In this document: piece after piece, positions 12,316 to 24,757 of the stretch
Numbering within the stretch: the stretch's first letter is position 1
Layout of the letters: every line of letters starts with the position of its first letter
From: Octopus bimaculoides
Taxonomy: Eukaryota
DNA length: 53,156 nt
Direction of reading: 5' to 3'
Assembly: GCF_001194135.2 (NCBI RefSeq)
Contig: NC_068983.1
Span: 95,052,364-95,105,519 of the forward strand
The notes under the pieces: generated by a model
What the model saw: only the letters and a program-made list of their open reading frames with translations
What the model was told of the DNA's origin: nothing
The model's database searches: none
Translations under genes and position numbers: made by a program

Positions 12316-12767
12316 TGTGTGTGTATGTGCATGCATGTATGTATATATATGACAAGCTTCTTTCAGTTTCTGTCAACGAAATCCACTCAAAAGTCTTTGG
12401 TTCGGGGCTATGTCCATGGTGCTGTGCAATGGGACTGTGAGATCCAATGGCGAACAATGGCGATCATAAAAACAACTGCAAAATATATGAATTTCAAATA
12501 ATTGAAAAATCAGAATATTGAGAGCTTGGAAAACAGAAAGCTCAGAATAGCATAACCTTAAAAGAACAAAAATTCAGCAGAAAAATAAGAAAAAGCGTTC
12601 ATGTTGAACATGTGGTAGTATGTTTATAAACCTAGTAACACAGCAACGCTTTACTTTCTACAGATGAGTATTCTCTCAAAGTTCTCGTCTCATACATAAC
12701 AAACTGACTCAACTGTAAATGGTGTTTATTTCACGAAACTCTTGTGCATAAATAGTTTCATGCGACT
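12244..12767. repeat. Left arm of a diverged inverted duplication (partner 19926-20673); includes a partial reversed family A SINE
   Basis: Blocks such as AAAATTCAGCAGAAAAATAAGAAAAAGCGTTCATGTTGA and CATACATAACAAACTGACTCAACTGTAAATGG are found reverse-complemented in 19926-20130 and 20400-20620. Confidence 0.85.
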
Positions 12768-13132
12768 GCGTGAAATTCTTAGAAGTTAAAAATTTTGCTT
12801 GTCAGTAATATACATCCAAATAAATGAAATCATGCTTCCAGTGATTTATAAGACGTGATTGAACGGGATATGTTGTTCCATTCATTTACATTTTTTAGAT
12901 GGATGAAATCAGTAAAATATGTTATCCTTCACTTTGAAAAGGGGCTTGTATCAGAAAGGGCAAACATGAAATATCGGAGAAAAAGGAAAAAAAAAATTAT
13001 ACATATATATATATATACATATATAAAATACAAAAATGGGACAAGAACACAAAACCTACAGACAGTTAGGTGATACAAAAAAGGGACAACAAAACATCCA
13101 GACAGACGATACAAAGAAACCAAGGACAAGTC

Positions 13133-13196
<64 letters not shown>

Positions 13197-13774
13197 AACG
13201 TTGACCACTAAAGTGGACATTTAATGTGCTAGAAATAGACCACATCTTGTGTCTACTAAGACCTAAATTGTTCTCAAAACGAAATTCAGCGTAATACCAA
13301 AGCGTAAGTGGGCAAGACATTGAAAATTACCGAAATAAAGCATTATTAAAACACGAACTAGTTTCGAAATTAACACTCTTACCGAATGTCTGTTTCTCTT
13401 CAGCGTGATCTGTAATGGAATCATAATTCTCAGAACCCTATACAAAGTTGCCCACCGCCATAGGTGAACGCGTATATGGTTCTGTTAATTACAACTTAAT
13501 GCTAAAATTCAAAAGTCTTCGTTTTGGCGCGCTAATTCCGGGAATATGTCTGCAGAAAATAGTTACTGCGTCGCATATATCCACTTTGAGAACTTGGTTA
13601 TGGTTAATCAAATTAAAACATAGGGTAAAAATCATATATTAATTAATATCGATTTATTATCAGGAAGCTAGCACATTTAAAGAATCAGAGAAATTCAGAA
13701 ATAATATCTGCGATCTCAGGGGATTAAAGTATATTTTTATATATAACGTTGACCACTAAAGTGGACATTTAATG

Positions 13775-13872
13775 TGCTAGGCTTCCAAAGAATAAGTCCT
13801 GGGGTCGATTTGCTCGACTAAAGGCGGTGCTCCAGCATGGCCGCAGTCAAATGACTGAAGCAAGTAAAAGAG
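13775..13872 (+). mobile_element. 3' fragment of family A SINE
   Basis: GCTAGGCTTCCAAAGAATAAGTCCTGGGGTCGATTTGCTCGACTAAAGGCGGTGCTCCAGCATGGCCGCAGTCAAATGACTG matches the 7890-7990 copy. Confidence 0.85.
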
Positions 13873-14330
13873 TAATATATATATATATATAGTAGAAATA
13901 TAATGATATAAAAGGAGCAAAAATACTGGAGATTCAGTATACACCACTTGGCAAAATTATGAGTTAAAAATATGTGGAAAACATAAAAAGTGGTTGGAAA
14001 TAACACAGAAGTAAATCTAAGACATTTCAATTCAATAAAGAATTTAATAAAATGATTTGAAAAATTATACAAAGAAAATATTACCGGTTTTGATGATGAA
14101 TCTAATCTTATCAAATATCAGTAGAAGTTTATAAAAAATGAAAGTAAAAACAGTTTGTCTCCTGTCTGGAGATCACAAACATGTCTGGAGATTCTTTAAA
14201 TATAGTCTTCTTTAAGTATAGTTTGGTATAGAGTTCAAAGTGTTAGAGAGTAAGAGATGAGTGTAGTTGTCATTTGTCTAAAAGAAATCTTTATGGGTTC
14301 CTGTCAAGGGAGCGGCTTAAAAGCATTTAT

Positions 14331-14720
14331 TGAATGAGTTTTATGTCCACCTGTGTGTGGNNNNNNNNNNTGTGTATGTGTTTGAGTTGTGTGCGTGTTT
14401 GTGATGTATTCTTTTGTATGTGTGTGTGAGTGTATATGTGTGTGTTTTTATGTGTGTGTGTGTATGTGTTTGCGATGTTTTCTTTTGCGTGTGTGTGTGT
14501 ATGTGTACATATGTTTGTGTGTGTGTGTACAATCATGTATGTATGTGTGTGTCAGTGTATGTGTGTGTGTGGGTGTGCTTTTGTGATGTATCTTTTGTGT
14601 GTATGTGTGTGTATGTGTGTGTATGTATGTGTGTTTGTTTGTGTGTTTGTGTGTGTGTGTTTTTGCGATGTATTCTTTTTTGTATACGTCTGTATGTTTG
14701 TGTGTTTGTGTGTATGCAAG
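14331..14720. repeat. Cryptic (GT)-rich low-complexity repeat
   Basis: Interrupted TG runs producing spurious CV/HT-rich ORFs in all frames. Confidence 0.85.
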
Positions 14721-14783
14721 CATATAAATACATTGGAAAAAAGATTTAAGAATTGATGCGCAGTATTTTTCAAAGCAATAATA

Positions 14784-16056
14784 TTAGGTTGTCAAGAAAG
14801 TTCTTGCGGAATTTTAAAGTTTGGTTTTAAATTATGTATTTTCAAATTAATTTTCGTTAAATTACTTTGACTTTATATATCATTTAAAGCCCGTTTTTCG
14901 CTCTATCTAATCGTGTTACTGTTTTTCTTTTTCAATAATTAGGCCATTTTTTCCGGAACGTTGAATATATGGACAAAAAGCTAATTCGCACAATTTTCTT
15001 ATTCAAGTTCAAGCTAGGCCGAAAAGCTACTGAAACAGCTCGCGATAACAACGATGCGTTTGGCCCAGGAACCACTAATGAATGTACAGCACAATGGTTG
15101 TTCAATAAATTTCGTAGCGGTGACGAGTCTTGAAGATGATAAGCGTAGTGGTTGGCTATCGGATTTTGACAACGATCAACTAAGAGCCTTAGTGGAAGCC
15201 AATCCACACACAACTGTTCGAGAGCTTGCTTCTGAATTAGACGTAATGTATACGACAATTTCCAACCACTTGAAAGAGATTGGAAAAACAAAAATGCTTG
15301 AGAAATGGGTGCCGCACGAATTGAACGACAAAAAAAAAAAAAAACACCGTTTTGAAGTGTCGTCTTCCCTTCTTTTATGCAACATGAATTTCGACCGGAT
15401 TGTGACTTGCGATGAAAAGTGGATTCTTTACAACAACCGGTGACGCTCAGCACAGTGGTTGGACACCGACGAAGCTCCACGGCACTTCCCGAAGCCAAAG
15501 TTGCACCAAAAGAAGGTCATGGTGACTGTTTGGTGGTCTGCGGCCAGTCTCATCCTTCACAGCTTTTTGGATCCAGGCGAAACCATTACGGCGGAGAAGT
15601 ACTGTCAGCAAATGGATGAAATGTATAAGAAACTCCAACAACAACCAGCATTGGTCAATAGAAAAGGACCAAATACTTCTCCACGACAACGCTCGGCCGC
15701 ACGTAGCACAACTGACCCTGCAGAAGTTGAACGAATTGGGCCACGAAACTCTGCCTCATCCGTCATACTCACCAGACCTCTCGCCTACCGACTACCACTT
15801 TTTCAAGCATTTCGACAGCTTCCTACATGAGAAATGCTTCAAAAACCAAGACGATGCCAAACACGACTTCAACGACTTCATCGACACAAGAACGCAGGAA
15901 TTTTTACGCTACTGGCATAAATAAACTTGTTTCGCATTGGCAAAAGTGTGTTGATTCTGATGGTGTTTATTTCGATTAATAAAGTTTTGTTTGAGCCGAG
16001 ATATGTACCTCTGAATTTAAAGGTTAAAAACTGCAAGAACTTTCTTGACAAACTAA
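14784..16056 (+). mobile_element. Full-length but inactivated mariner (DD34D) transposon, 1273 bp
   Basis: TIRs TTAGGTTGTCAAGAAAGTTCTTGC / GCAAGAACTTTCTTGACAAACTAA flanked by TA (14782-83, 16057-58). Transposase from ATG 14969 to TAA 15978 with WVPHEL, IVTCDEKW, HDNARPH and YSPDLSPTDY; 34 codons between D(15685) and D(15790); frameshifts and stops. Confidence 0.95.
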
Positions 16057-16124
16057 TATATATAAAATTGTTTTTAAGTGTCTGCTCTTATTTATTGGTT
16101 GGTAGTGGTTGGGTCTATATTTAA

Positions 16125-16516
16125 TTATGGTTTATACTTGTTAATAAATTTCCTTTCTTTATTTAGTCTTTGTTGTTGATTGAAAGAATCTGAGCACTTG
16201 AAGAGGGGAAATATTTTGAAGTATAGTAAGTCCATCCCTGCTATGTGACTGTTTAAAGGAATTTTCCTGGTGTTTTTGCCTCGGATTTGTTGGCGATGGG
16301 TCGTCATTCTGTTGCGTAACGATCCGCCCGTCTGACCTACGTAATTATGCTGGCAACTATTGCATGTGATTACATAGATCAGGTCTTCCGTGTTGCAGGT
16401 GAGATTTGATTTAACTTTTAGGTTGGATTTAACAATTTTAGGTTGGGTTTTTTTCACTACTATCAGACCAATTCCTAATGTAGTAGGGGAAATTTAACAT
16501 TAAGCATCTAGGTCAA
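16125..16516 (-). mobile_element. Penelope-like element fragment (GIY-YIG endonuclease)
   Basis: ORF SNLTCNTEDLIYVITCNSCQHNYVGQTGGSLRNRMTTH...ERKFI has the IY..C..C..YVGQT..R..H signature of PLE endonucleases. Confidence 0.85.
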
Positions 16517-17156
16517 CAGGATTTTTTCTTAAATCAGAATAATGTATTAGTATTGACCTAGATGCTTAATGTTAAATTTCCCCTACTACATTATGAATTG
16601 GTCTGATAGTAGTAAAAAAAAACAACCTAAAATTGTGTTGCCACTATGACCAGAGGAATCTTTATAACCATATCCATGTATAATGTTTACCCCTTCCCTT
16701 TCCTTATAAGTAGAAAGGCTGGTTGCCCCTTTAAGCTTTAAATCACTATATAAAAAAAACAAATAAAGTCAGGGACAGTTAAAATTCTGCCTAGAATTAA
16801 TTACTAACCTGCTAGCTTTGGCTATGTCAAGATGTTTTTTTTTTTTTTTTTGTATTCTTCTTTCACTTAGATTGTTTAAATGTTGTCACAACAGTAATAT
16901 GTCCATTCTGCTGAAATGAAATTTCAGGAAATTTTCTGTATCCTTGTGCAGCTGAAGATTACCCTGCATTTTACATCTAATGTAATGCTCGCATTACTTA
17001 AATATATGGAGTTACATGAAACGTGCGTACTGCAATAACCTTGCAAATTCGTGTTGCTTTTTTTGATTTTTGATCACCTTGTTTTGGGAATTGTTTGGAT
17101 AATACCATACTATATCATGGTGCCTAAACTTAAGTGCCATATTCAATTTTGAATAA

Positions 17157-17199
<43 letters not shown>

Positions 17200-17718
17200 T
17201 ACATATATATATACACATACATATATATATATATACATNNNNNNNNNNATACATACATACATACATGCATACATACATACATACATACTTACATGCATAC
17301 ATACATACATACATACATACATACATACATACATACATAGAGAGAGATACATACGTGTGTATGTGTGTGTATGTGTATGTGGTTTTATGCTTGGCGGAAT
17401 GCTGTACATTATTTGAAATCGGAGTTAGCAATGAATGTAAAGGGTGTGTAAATAGATGTACACAATATATTTGCTGTGCATGAAAAATATTTATTTAAAA
17501 CCTAACATAAAGCATAATGAGTGGAGCACAATCACCAGTTTTTACTGCACTTTTGACTTTGAGAAGAAATATATTTTTCATGACTGTGTGCAACCTAAGT
17601 AAATGTATCAGCTAAGCAAATGATTTCCTCTAAATGCATTTAAAACATTATAGCATAATCTGTGTACTATTTCAGAAAATTATCGCTGTTCTCTTTGAAC
17701 ATGTAAAAGACAAATTTA

Positions 17719-18375
17719 GCTGGGGCAAAATGAGTAAGCCAAGATATGGTAAATTTGCAAGAATTACATTTGAGAAAAGATTCATACACATCAATATCCT
17801 TCCTTAGACACCAGAAAGATCTGAAATTCCAAAAAAAAATTTTAATATTTAACTCAAATGAAAGAGGATCATAGGAAAATGGAACGTGATATGAAATTAA
17901 CGAAACTCGACTAAATAAAATAAACTCAACATAAAATATTCTCTGTAGCTTCTCTATGATCTGCTGGAGTAATTCTCTTCCCGATATATTTACGCATCAT
18001 GCAGTTAAAGAGAAGAAATTATTGAAATTAATCATTGCTTATTTTGCCCCAGTTTAGACATCATTGTTTGAAAATTGAAATATTACCAAATTACACTCTA
18101 GTGCGGAAAAAAATCGACTTGAAATCCAACCGAGAAAAGAATATTGATTGTTAATCATCAAAACTTTTCCAGATACTTTATTAGGTACTTCAAATACAAT
18201 TAGGTCAAAGTTGAGGAAAGATTTCTTGAAAAATAAGAACCTGTCACCTCTCTCAACTTCAACAACAATGCTAATCAATTTTTACTCCTGAGGATGATGC
18301 AATACTTGCAATGTAATGATTTCAAATAGGTAGGGAAAAAAATAACAAATCAGAAATGACTCATTTTACCCCGGT
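17719..18375. mobile_element. Putative pogo/Tc1-type MITE (657 bp)
   Basis: 17-bp TIRs GCTGGGGCAAAATGAGT / ACTCATTTTACCCCGGT (15/17 match) each flanked by TA; a third internal reversed copy (ATTTTGCCCCAG) at ~18040; no ORF. Confidence 0.55.
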
Positions 18376-18869
18376 TACTAATTTCGTCCCCCGGACTCCA
18401 TTTTAAATATCTTTCGATTCAGGTGTTAATGTGCTTGACAATGTGTGTCAAAATATTTTTGATATATATGTGAAAATATTTTCGTTAAAGTGTTTGTTTA
18501 TAAGTTGTTAGTAGTATTTTATGTTTGCATGACAATGGCCGATCATAATATCTGCATGTTGCGATGAATGATCTTCCCTGTCGCTGAGTCTGTCGAAAAG
18601 TAGGAAGTGATCCCAAAATGACTTTCTTTTGTCTTAATATCTACTTAAAATTAGAAGAAGGAATTGTGAGAGAAAGGTGACGAAAAGTCGAACTGATTTT
18701 TTCTGATTCGTTGGAAGACACACATGAAACAAAAATTGTTGCGACCACAGAAAACAAGCTATTAAAGAAAAAAGAAACCCTCGTAGAATATACCAAGGTC
18801 GACACTGAATGATTCGAAAGATTAGTTGATCAAATCTTTGTTAGGTTTTATGTGACACACACGCACCAA

Positions 18870-18895
18870 GTACACACACACCACACGCACACACC

Positions 18896-18978
<83 letters not shown>
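18870..18978. repeat. (CA)n microsatellite
   Basis: Direct observation. Confidence 0.97.
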
Positions 18979-18980
<2 letters not shown>

Positions 18981-19925
18981 GATCATAAATCAACGAACGA
19001 AACGAGGGCACACGTGTAGTTTGAAGGTGTGTCTCAACAACAGGATGTGATACAAGCCCAGCGTATACACCACAAGTACCTCGTAAGAGAATCTGAACTG
19101 TTGTATAATAGAGTATGTAATGTACATGTGTGAGATTTTGTCGATAACAGCTGGACATACACGTGAGTAAATATTCAAAAATAGATTTGAATATTAAGCA
19201 TAACAATGTCAGCTTTGTGAAAACGTTTGTAAGCTGAAAAGAAAGAATACTATTTACATTCGCTGGCAAAACAGAAATATGTAGTGAGTCAAAAGAAAAA
19301 AACTTTGTCCAGTCGCCTCCTATTTTCTAGCAGTAACACAACAGGGAAGATTACATTTTAGTTCTCTTCTAAAAGGACCCTACATTTTAGTTCTCTGCAA
19401 GCCTACAAAACTACTAACAACTTATAAACAAACTTTTTAACGAAATTATTTTCACAAACATTGTCCAGTACATTAACACCTGACTTGGTAGAAATAGTGA
19501 GTTTGGTTGCATGGGCTTGCAAGCTTTCGTGCCAAAATGGATCATGGCCTAAACCACGTGAATGAAGGTGAAGCGGTGTTGAGACTGAATCTTAGTGTTA
19601 ACACAGTCTTGGAAACAACCGCTAAAAGCACAAGTAGAAGGATAATTGTGTCCCATGGAGCGCATGTATGTAAGTGTGTTGCAATGTTGTTCGATCCCAG
19701 AAGGAAAGTTTAATAATAGATATGAATGCTCAAACAAAGCAAAAACGTTCATGTAAAGAACAGACAGCTAAAAGCCAATGAAATTCAAGATAATGCAAGT
19801 AAGTGAAAGTCGGTGAGTAGCAATACCATGAAAATGTGAGCTACATGCAGTGGAGAGTTGCACAGTAAAGCATGAATTGAAAAGCAATGTCAGGTGAATA
19901 TGAAATTGTAGATAGCGTGAAACCC

Positions 19926-20180
19926 AATCGCATGAAACTGTAATTATGCACAAGAGTTTCGTGAAATAAACGCCATTTACAGTTGAGTCAGTTTGTTATG
20001 TATGAGACGAGAAATTTGAATACTCATCTGTAGAAAGTAAAACATTGCTATGTTACTAGGTTTATAAACATACCACCGCATGATCAACATGAACGCTTTT
20101 TCTTATTTTTCTGCTGAATTTTCGTTCTTTTAAGGCTGTTATCCTAAATAATAATAATAATGATGATGATGATGATGATG

Positions 20181-20244
<64 letters not shown>

Positions 20245-20612
20245 CAACAACAACAACATTGAAAAATACCTTAGGAACCCAGGTTCGAAATTTCCCCCAA
20301 GACACCTGATAAAGACTGGAGGGTATATCAGCCGAAACGTGTTAACAATAAACAAGATGAGGACAAATATCCGTTAAATGTAAATAATAATATAGAACTA
20401 TGTTATTCTGAGTTTTCTGTTTTCCAAGCATTCAATATTTTGATTTTTCAATCATTTGAAATTCATATATTTTGCAGTTGTTTTTTATGATCGCCACCCT
20501 GTATACATTGGGTCCCAGACCCAATGCACAGTACCATGGACAGCCCCCAACCAAAGACTTTTAGGTGGATATGGTTGACAGGAACTGAAACAAGCTTGTC
20601 ATATACATACAT

Positions 20613-20673
<61 letters not shown>
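19926..20673. repeat. Right arm of the inverted duplication (partner 12244-12767), interrupted by a ~270-bp insertion
   Basis: Reverse-complement similarity on both sides of the 20131-20400 insert. Confidence 0.85.
20131..20400 (+). mobile_element. Solo Penelope pseudo-LTR: (AAT/GAT/AAC)n plus degenerate hammerhead motif
   Basis: Same sequence as the PLE terminal repeats at 50641-50781 (reversed) and 52501-52650; core reads CTGATAA instead of CTGATGA. Confidence 0.8.
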
Positions 20674-21235
20674 NNNNNNNNNNNNNNNNNNNNNNNNNNN
20701 NNNNNNNNNNNNNNNNNNNNNNNNNNNNNNNNNNNNNNNNNNNNNNNNNNNNNNNNNNNNNNNNNNNNNNNNNNNNNNNNNNNNNNNNNNNNNNNNNNNN
20801 NNNNNNNNNNNNNNNNNNNNNNNNNNNNNNNNNNNNNNNNNNNNNNNNNNNNNNNNNNNNNNNNNNNNNNNNNNNNNNNNNNNNNNNNNNNNNNNNNNNN
20901 NNNNNNNNNNNNNNNNNNNNNNNNNNNNNNNNNNNNNNNNNNNNNNNNNNNNNNNNNNNNNNNNNNNNNNNNNNNNNNNNNNNNNNNNNNNNNNNNNNNN
21001 NNNTATATGTTTGTGTGTCTGTGTTTGTCCCCCCAACATCGCTTGACAACCGATGCTGGTGTGTTTACGTCCCTGTAACTTAGCGGTTCGGCTAAAGAGA
21101 CCGATAGAATAAGTACTAGGCTTACAAAGAATAAGTCCTGGGGTCGATTAGCTCGACTAAACGGCAGTGCCTAGCATGGCCACAGTCAAATGACTGCAAC
21201 AAGTAAAAGAGCAAAATAGTAAAAGAGTAAAAGAG
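20540..21235 (+). mobile_element. Family A SINE spanning N gap 20674-21003
   Basis: Middle segment before the microsatellite/gap and complete 3' body after it match 7690-7993. Confidence 0.8.
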
Positions 21236-22025
21236 TATATATATTTCGCCAAGGCATTGCGAGACTAATAACCTGGTTCAAAATTGTACAAAAAACAAAA
21301 AACAAAAGAGAGACAGGTGAGGGAACAATAAACAAGAAAATTTCCACGTAACTTAGCTGTTCGCAAGATTGGCCGATAGAATGAGTGCCGGGCTTTAAAA
21401 ATAGGTGCTGAAGTCAATTTGTGCGTCTAAACTCTTCAAGGCATTGCCTCAGCATTGCTGCAGTTTGATGACATGATAACTACATATCTGTGTGCATATA
21501 TGTAAGTATATATGCAAACATACATGCATATACATACATACATACATACATACATGCATACATACATACATATATATGTGTGTGTGTATGTATACATACA
21601 CAAACACACAAACATACACACGCGCTGATGTCGAACTTGAGAATGAGTGCTAACACCACATTGGTGAATAAATATTATTTATTTGTGTATTAACAAGGCT
21701 ACCACATGTAAAGAGGAATTTCTCCATAATTATCGAGCCTGCTTTATGGAACGTTGGCACTCATCTCTATTTTAGATGAGAATACCTGAATTTCCACGTG
21801 ACTGTACGAGATTTCGGGATAAATAAATATACAGATTATGGTAGGTAACTTATGCAGAAATCGTAATTGTTGTCACCACTTTGGATTAATTCCTTAATCA
21901 TTTTATGCGAGAACGCTCTTGGACGTCTAAATTTATAAATATAAATACACACGTATGTACACATGCACGTCCATACAAAATATGTGCACATAAAGAGGTA
22001 TACAGACACTCACACTCACACACTC

Positions 22026-22097
<72 letters not shown>

Positions 22098-22172
22098 ATA
22101 GTAATAGTAAGACAACAAAAGAATGAAAAGGACCTCGATATCATGTAAATAGAGGAATTTATCTGTAATATA

Positions 22173-22337
22173 TGTGACAGTTATTCGGTTGCTATAATAA
22201 GACACCGAGTTTCGGATGTCGGGGCGGAAACCTGCTCTGCATCTCGTCAATAATCGAGGCAATCAAAAAATGCTCCAGGTTTCCGCCCCGACATCCGAAA
22301 CTCGGAGTCTTATTATGGCAACCGAATAATTGTCACA
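22173..22337. repeat. 165-bp fold-back element (62-bp arms, 41-nt spacer)
   Basis: Arms 22173-22234 and 22276-22337 are reverse complements with 3 mismatches. Confidence 0.95.
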
Positions 22338-22929
22338 CATTACGTATATATATATATATATATATGTGTAATGTAAGTGTATGNNNNNNNNNNNNNNNNN
22401 NNNNNNNNNNNNNNNNNNNNNNNNNNNNNNNNNNNNNNNNNNNNNNNNNNNNNNNNNNNNNNNNNNNNNNNNNNNNNNNNNNNNNNNNNNNNNNNNNNNN
22501 NNNNNNNNNNNNNNNNNNNNNNNNNNNNNNNNNNNNNNNNNNNNNNNNNNNNNNNNNNNNNNNNNNNNNNNNNNNNNNNNNNNNNNNNNNNNNNNNNNNN
22601 NNNNNNNNNNNNNNNNNNNNNNNNNNNNNNNNNNNNNNNNNNNNNNNNNNNNNNNNNNNNNNNNNNNNNNNNNNTATATACACATATATATATACCTGCA
22701 TAATGAATTTTGTTCGTGTTTGAGAATGAGCACGTAATTGTGGAGTTGTTTCCCAGATTTTTACGCGAAACTTGGTCATGGGGCTATGAATTCATAAGGT
22801 TGTGTCTATATGTATTTTCCTGTGAATCATATGACGTCATGAATATGTGCAATGCGTATATATCTGCGTAATGCAGCATAATTTTATGAGGGCAAATGTT
22901 TCTTATGCACACTGTTCATATAATGCATA

Positions 22930-23540
22930 TAATCAATGCTCGGAGAAGTTATCCATGTTGGAAAGGTAGTAAAGTGAGTGAAAGTCATGCTTGAAATTTC
23001 GAAGTTGCTTGTACATGCAGGGAGAGAAAATTTCCTTCCCAGTATTTAAAAGATTCACTGTTGATGTTATGATATTTAGGTTATGATATTTTTTTCGGTA
23101 ATGCAGAGCTCGCATTTGTTGCTCTGCCCCCTGTATTTGCTGGCCCCTGGATTTAATGGGAGTTGCTAACGCTTCTCTCTTTAAGTATCCATAACTATTG
23201 AATGAAGATGATGTATGTCTTTCGGTTTTATCTCTGAACGAAGCCAAATGCTACATATATCAAGGTGTTTCCCGTCATTCTGATATAAGCTTTTGTTGTT
23301 CCGTTCAAATCCGTGATGTTGGCTTTATACACTAATTCTTTTTCCAGGTACCTATTATTCACGCGACAACTAACCGGAGATCTACGATTACAGGATCTTC
23401 TTATTGCTGTTATTCATATTGTGGTTGAAAATGATCGACCTTATATTGGTGGGTGTGGGCAACTATAACTAACCTTGTCCATACTTCTTTTGGATTGTAG
23501 AATCTTTGGAGTTATAGATAAATTACTTTGCAGAACTTAT
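22930..23540 (-). mobile_element. Degenerate Penelope-like element 3' part (second GIY-YIG type)
   Basis: Reverse translation gives YSCPHPPNIRSII..VYKANITDLNGTTKAYI..NLLNTGKEIFSPC, resembling the YSCMPN..VVYKA..YIG..NLLNKRSE..KCRH end of PLE ORFs. Confidence 0.65.
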
Positions 23541-24211
23541 TTTCAGCCGTTCATGGGGTCAACTTTACTTTTCAGCTTTGAGGGGTTGATAAAATAAAGT
23601 ACAACTCCAGTACTGAGATCGATTTAATCGACTGTTCTTTCTCCCCCAAATTTCCCCCTCTGTACCTGTATTAAAAGTAATAATAATTATTAACTGTTCT
23701 TATTGTAATTGTTGTTGATGAAGATGTTACTACTATGATAGGACATTAGACGGTGGTAAAACCAGCGAAGAGTCACCATTGCCTATACGTTCCCTATACC
23801 TTCTACATATCATCCTCTAGACTCGATAAAAACATGTACCAGTTGAGTACCATAATCGATCAGACCGACTTTGCTCTTTTCAAATTTCTCGCCTTGATAC
23901 AATGTAAGAAATCCCTATTATTTGTGATGGCGAGATGTAAGAAATAATTTGCGGTACTTTTTCTGATACTAACGATTATTCAAGCTTGCTACCCTAAATA
24001 ACGATTTCTTACATAGAAACAAGACAAGAAAATTAGAGAAGAGGAAAATAGTTATGATTGACTCAATTATTTGTTTGATATTTTACTTCATTGAGTCTTG
24101 AGGATGAAAGTTAGATTTAAACACAGAATAAAAATGGGTAGATAATCTACTATAACCCAGTGTATTAGTTTTTATTTCATTTTAAATTAAATAAAATTGT
24201 ATTTTTTATTT

Positions 24212-24400
24212 TTTACTTGTTTCAGTCATTGGAATGCGGCTATGCTGATGAAGCACCTTGAACAGATCGATCCTAATACTTATTTGCGTTTAGGTCTGGT
24301 GTTTCTGCTTTTGATCCTTTAGACGAACCGCTAAGTTACGTGAGCATAAGCAAACAAACACTGGTTGTCAAGCGCAGTGGGGGAAACACACACACACACA
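24212..24400 (-). mobile_element. Family A-related SINE 3' half
   Basis: TTTTACTTGTTTCAGTCATT...CCGCTAAGTTACG...GGTTGTCAAGCG is the reverse complement of the family A body. Confidence 0.7.
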
Positions 24401-24687
24401 CACATACACACCCTAATTGTAATCCTGATTCTGGTGGTAAGGAAAAAAATGATTTTACATAGACTTTTAAGGGAAAATATTCTCCTTTCTCTAAAGTGAA
24501 CCACTTCTCTACATTTTACATAGCTTTTCAGCAAGAAAACCCTAATCAATAAACAAATTCAACGGCGGTTGCTCTGAAAGTTCCAAATTTCTTTATATTC
24601 TCTCTTGCAGCTGTGATCGAAAAAATTGTTGAGGTAGAAATTCGTTTATCCTCCTCCCTCCTCCTCCCTCCTCCTCCNNNNNNNNNN

Positions 24688-24757
<70 letters not shown>

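Noticed and set aside
11223-12501. Long ORFs of 300-390 aa in the ORF track (similarly at 20524, 22263, 29026, 44671, 51649)
   Set aside because: Artefacts of N gaps and microsatellites translated as X, YI, HT or CV runs.
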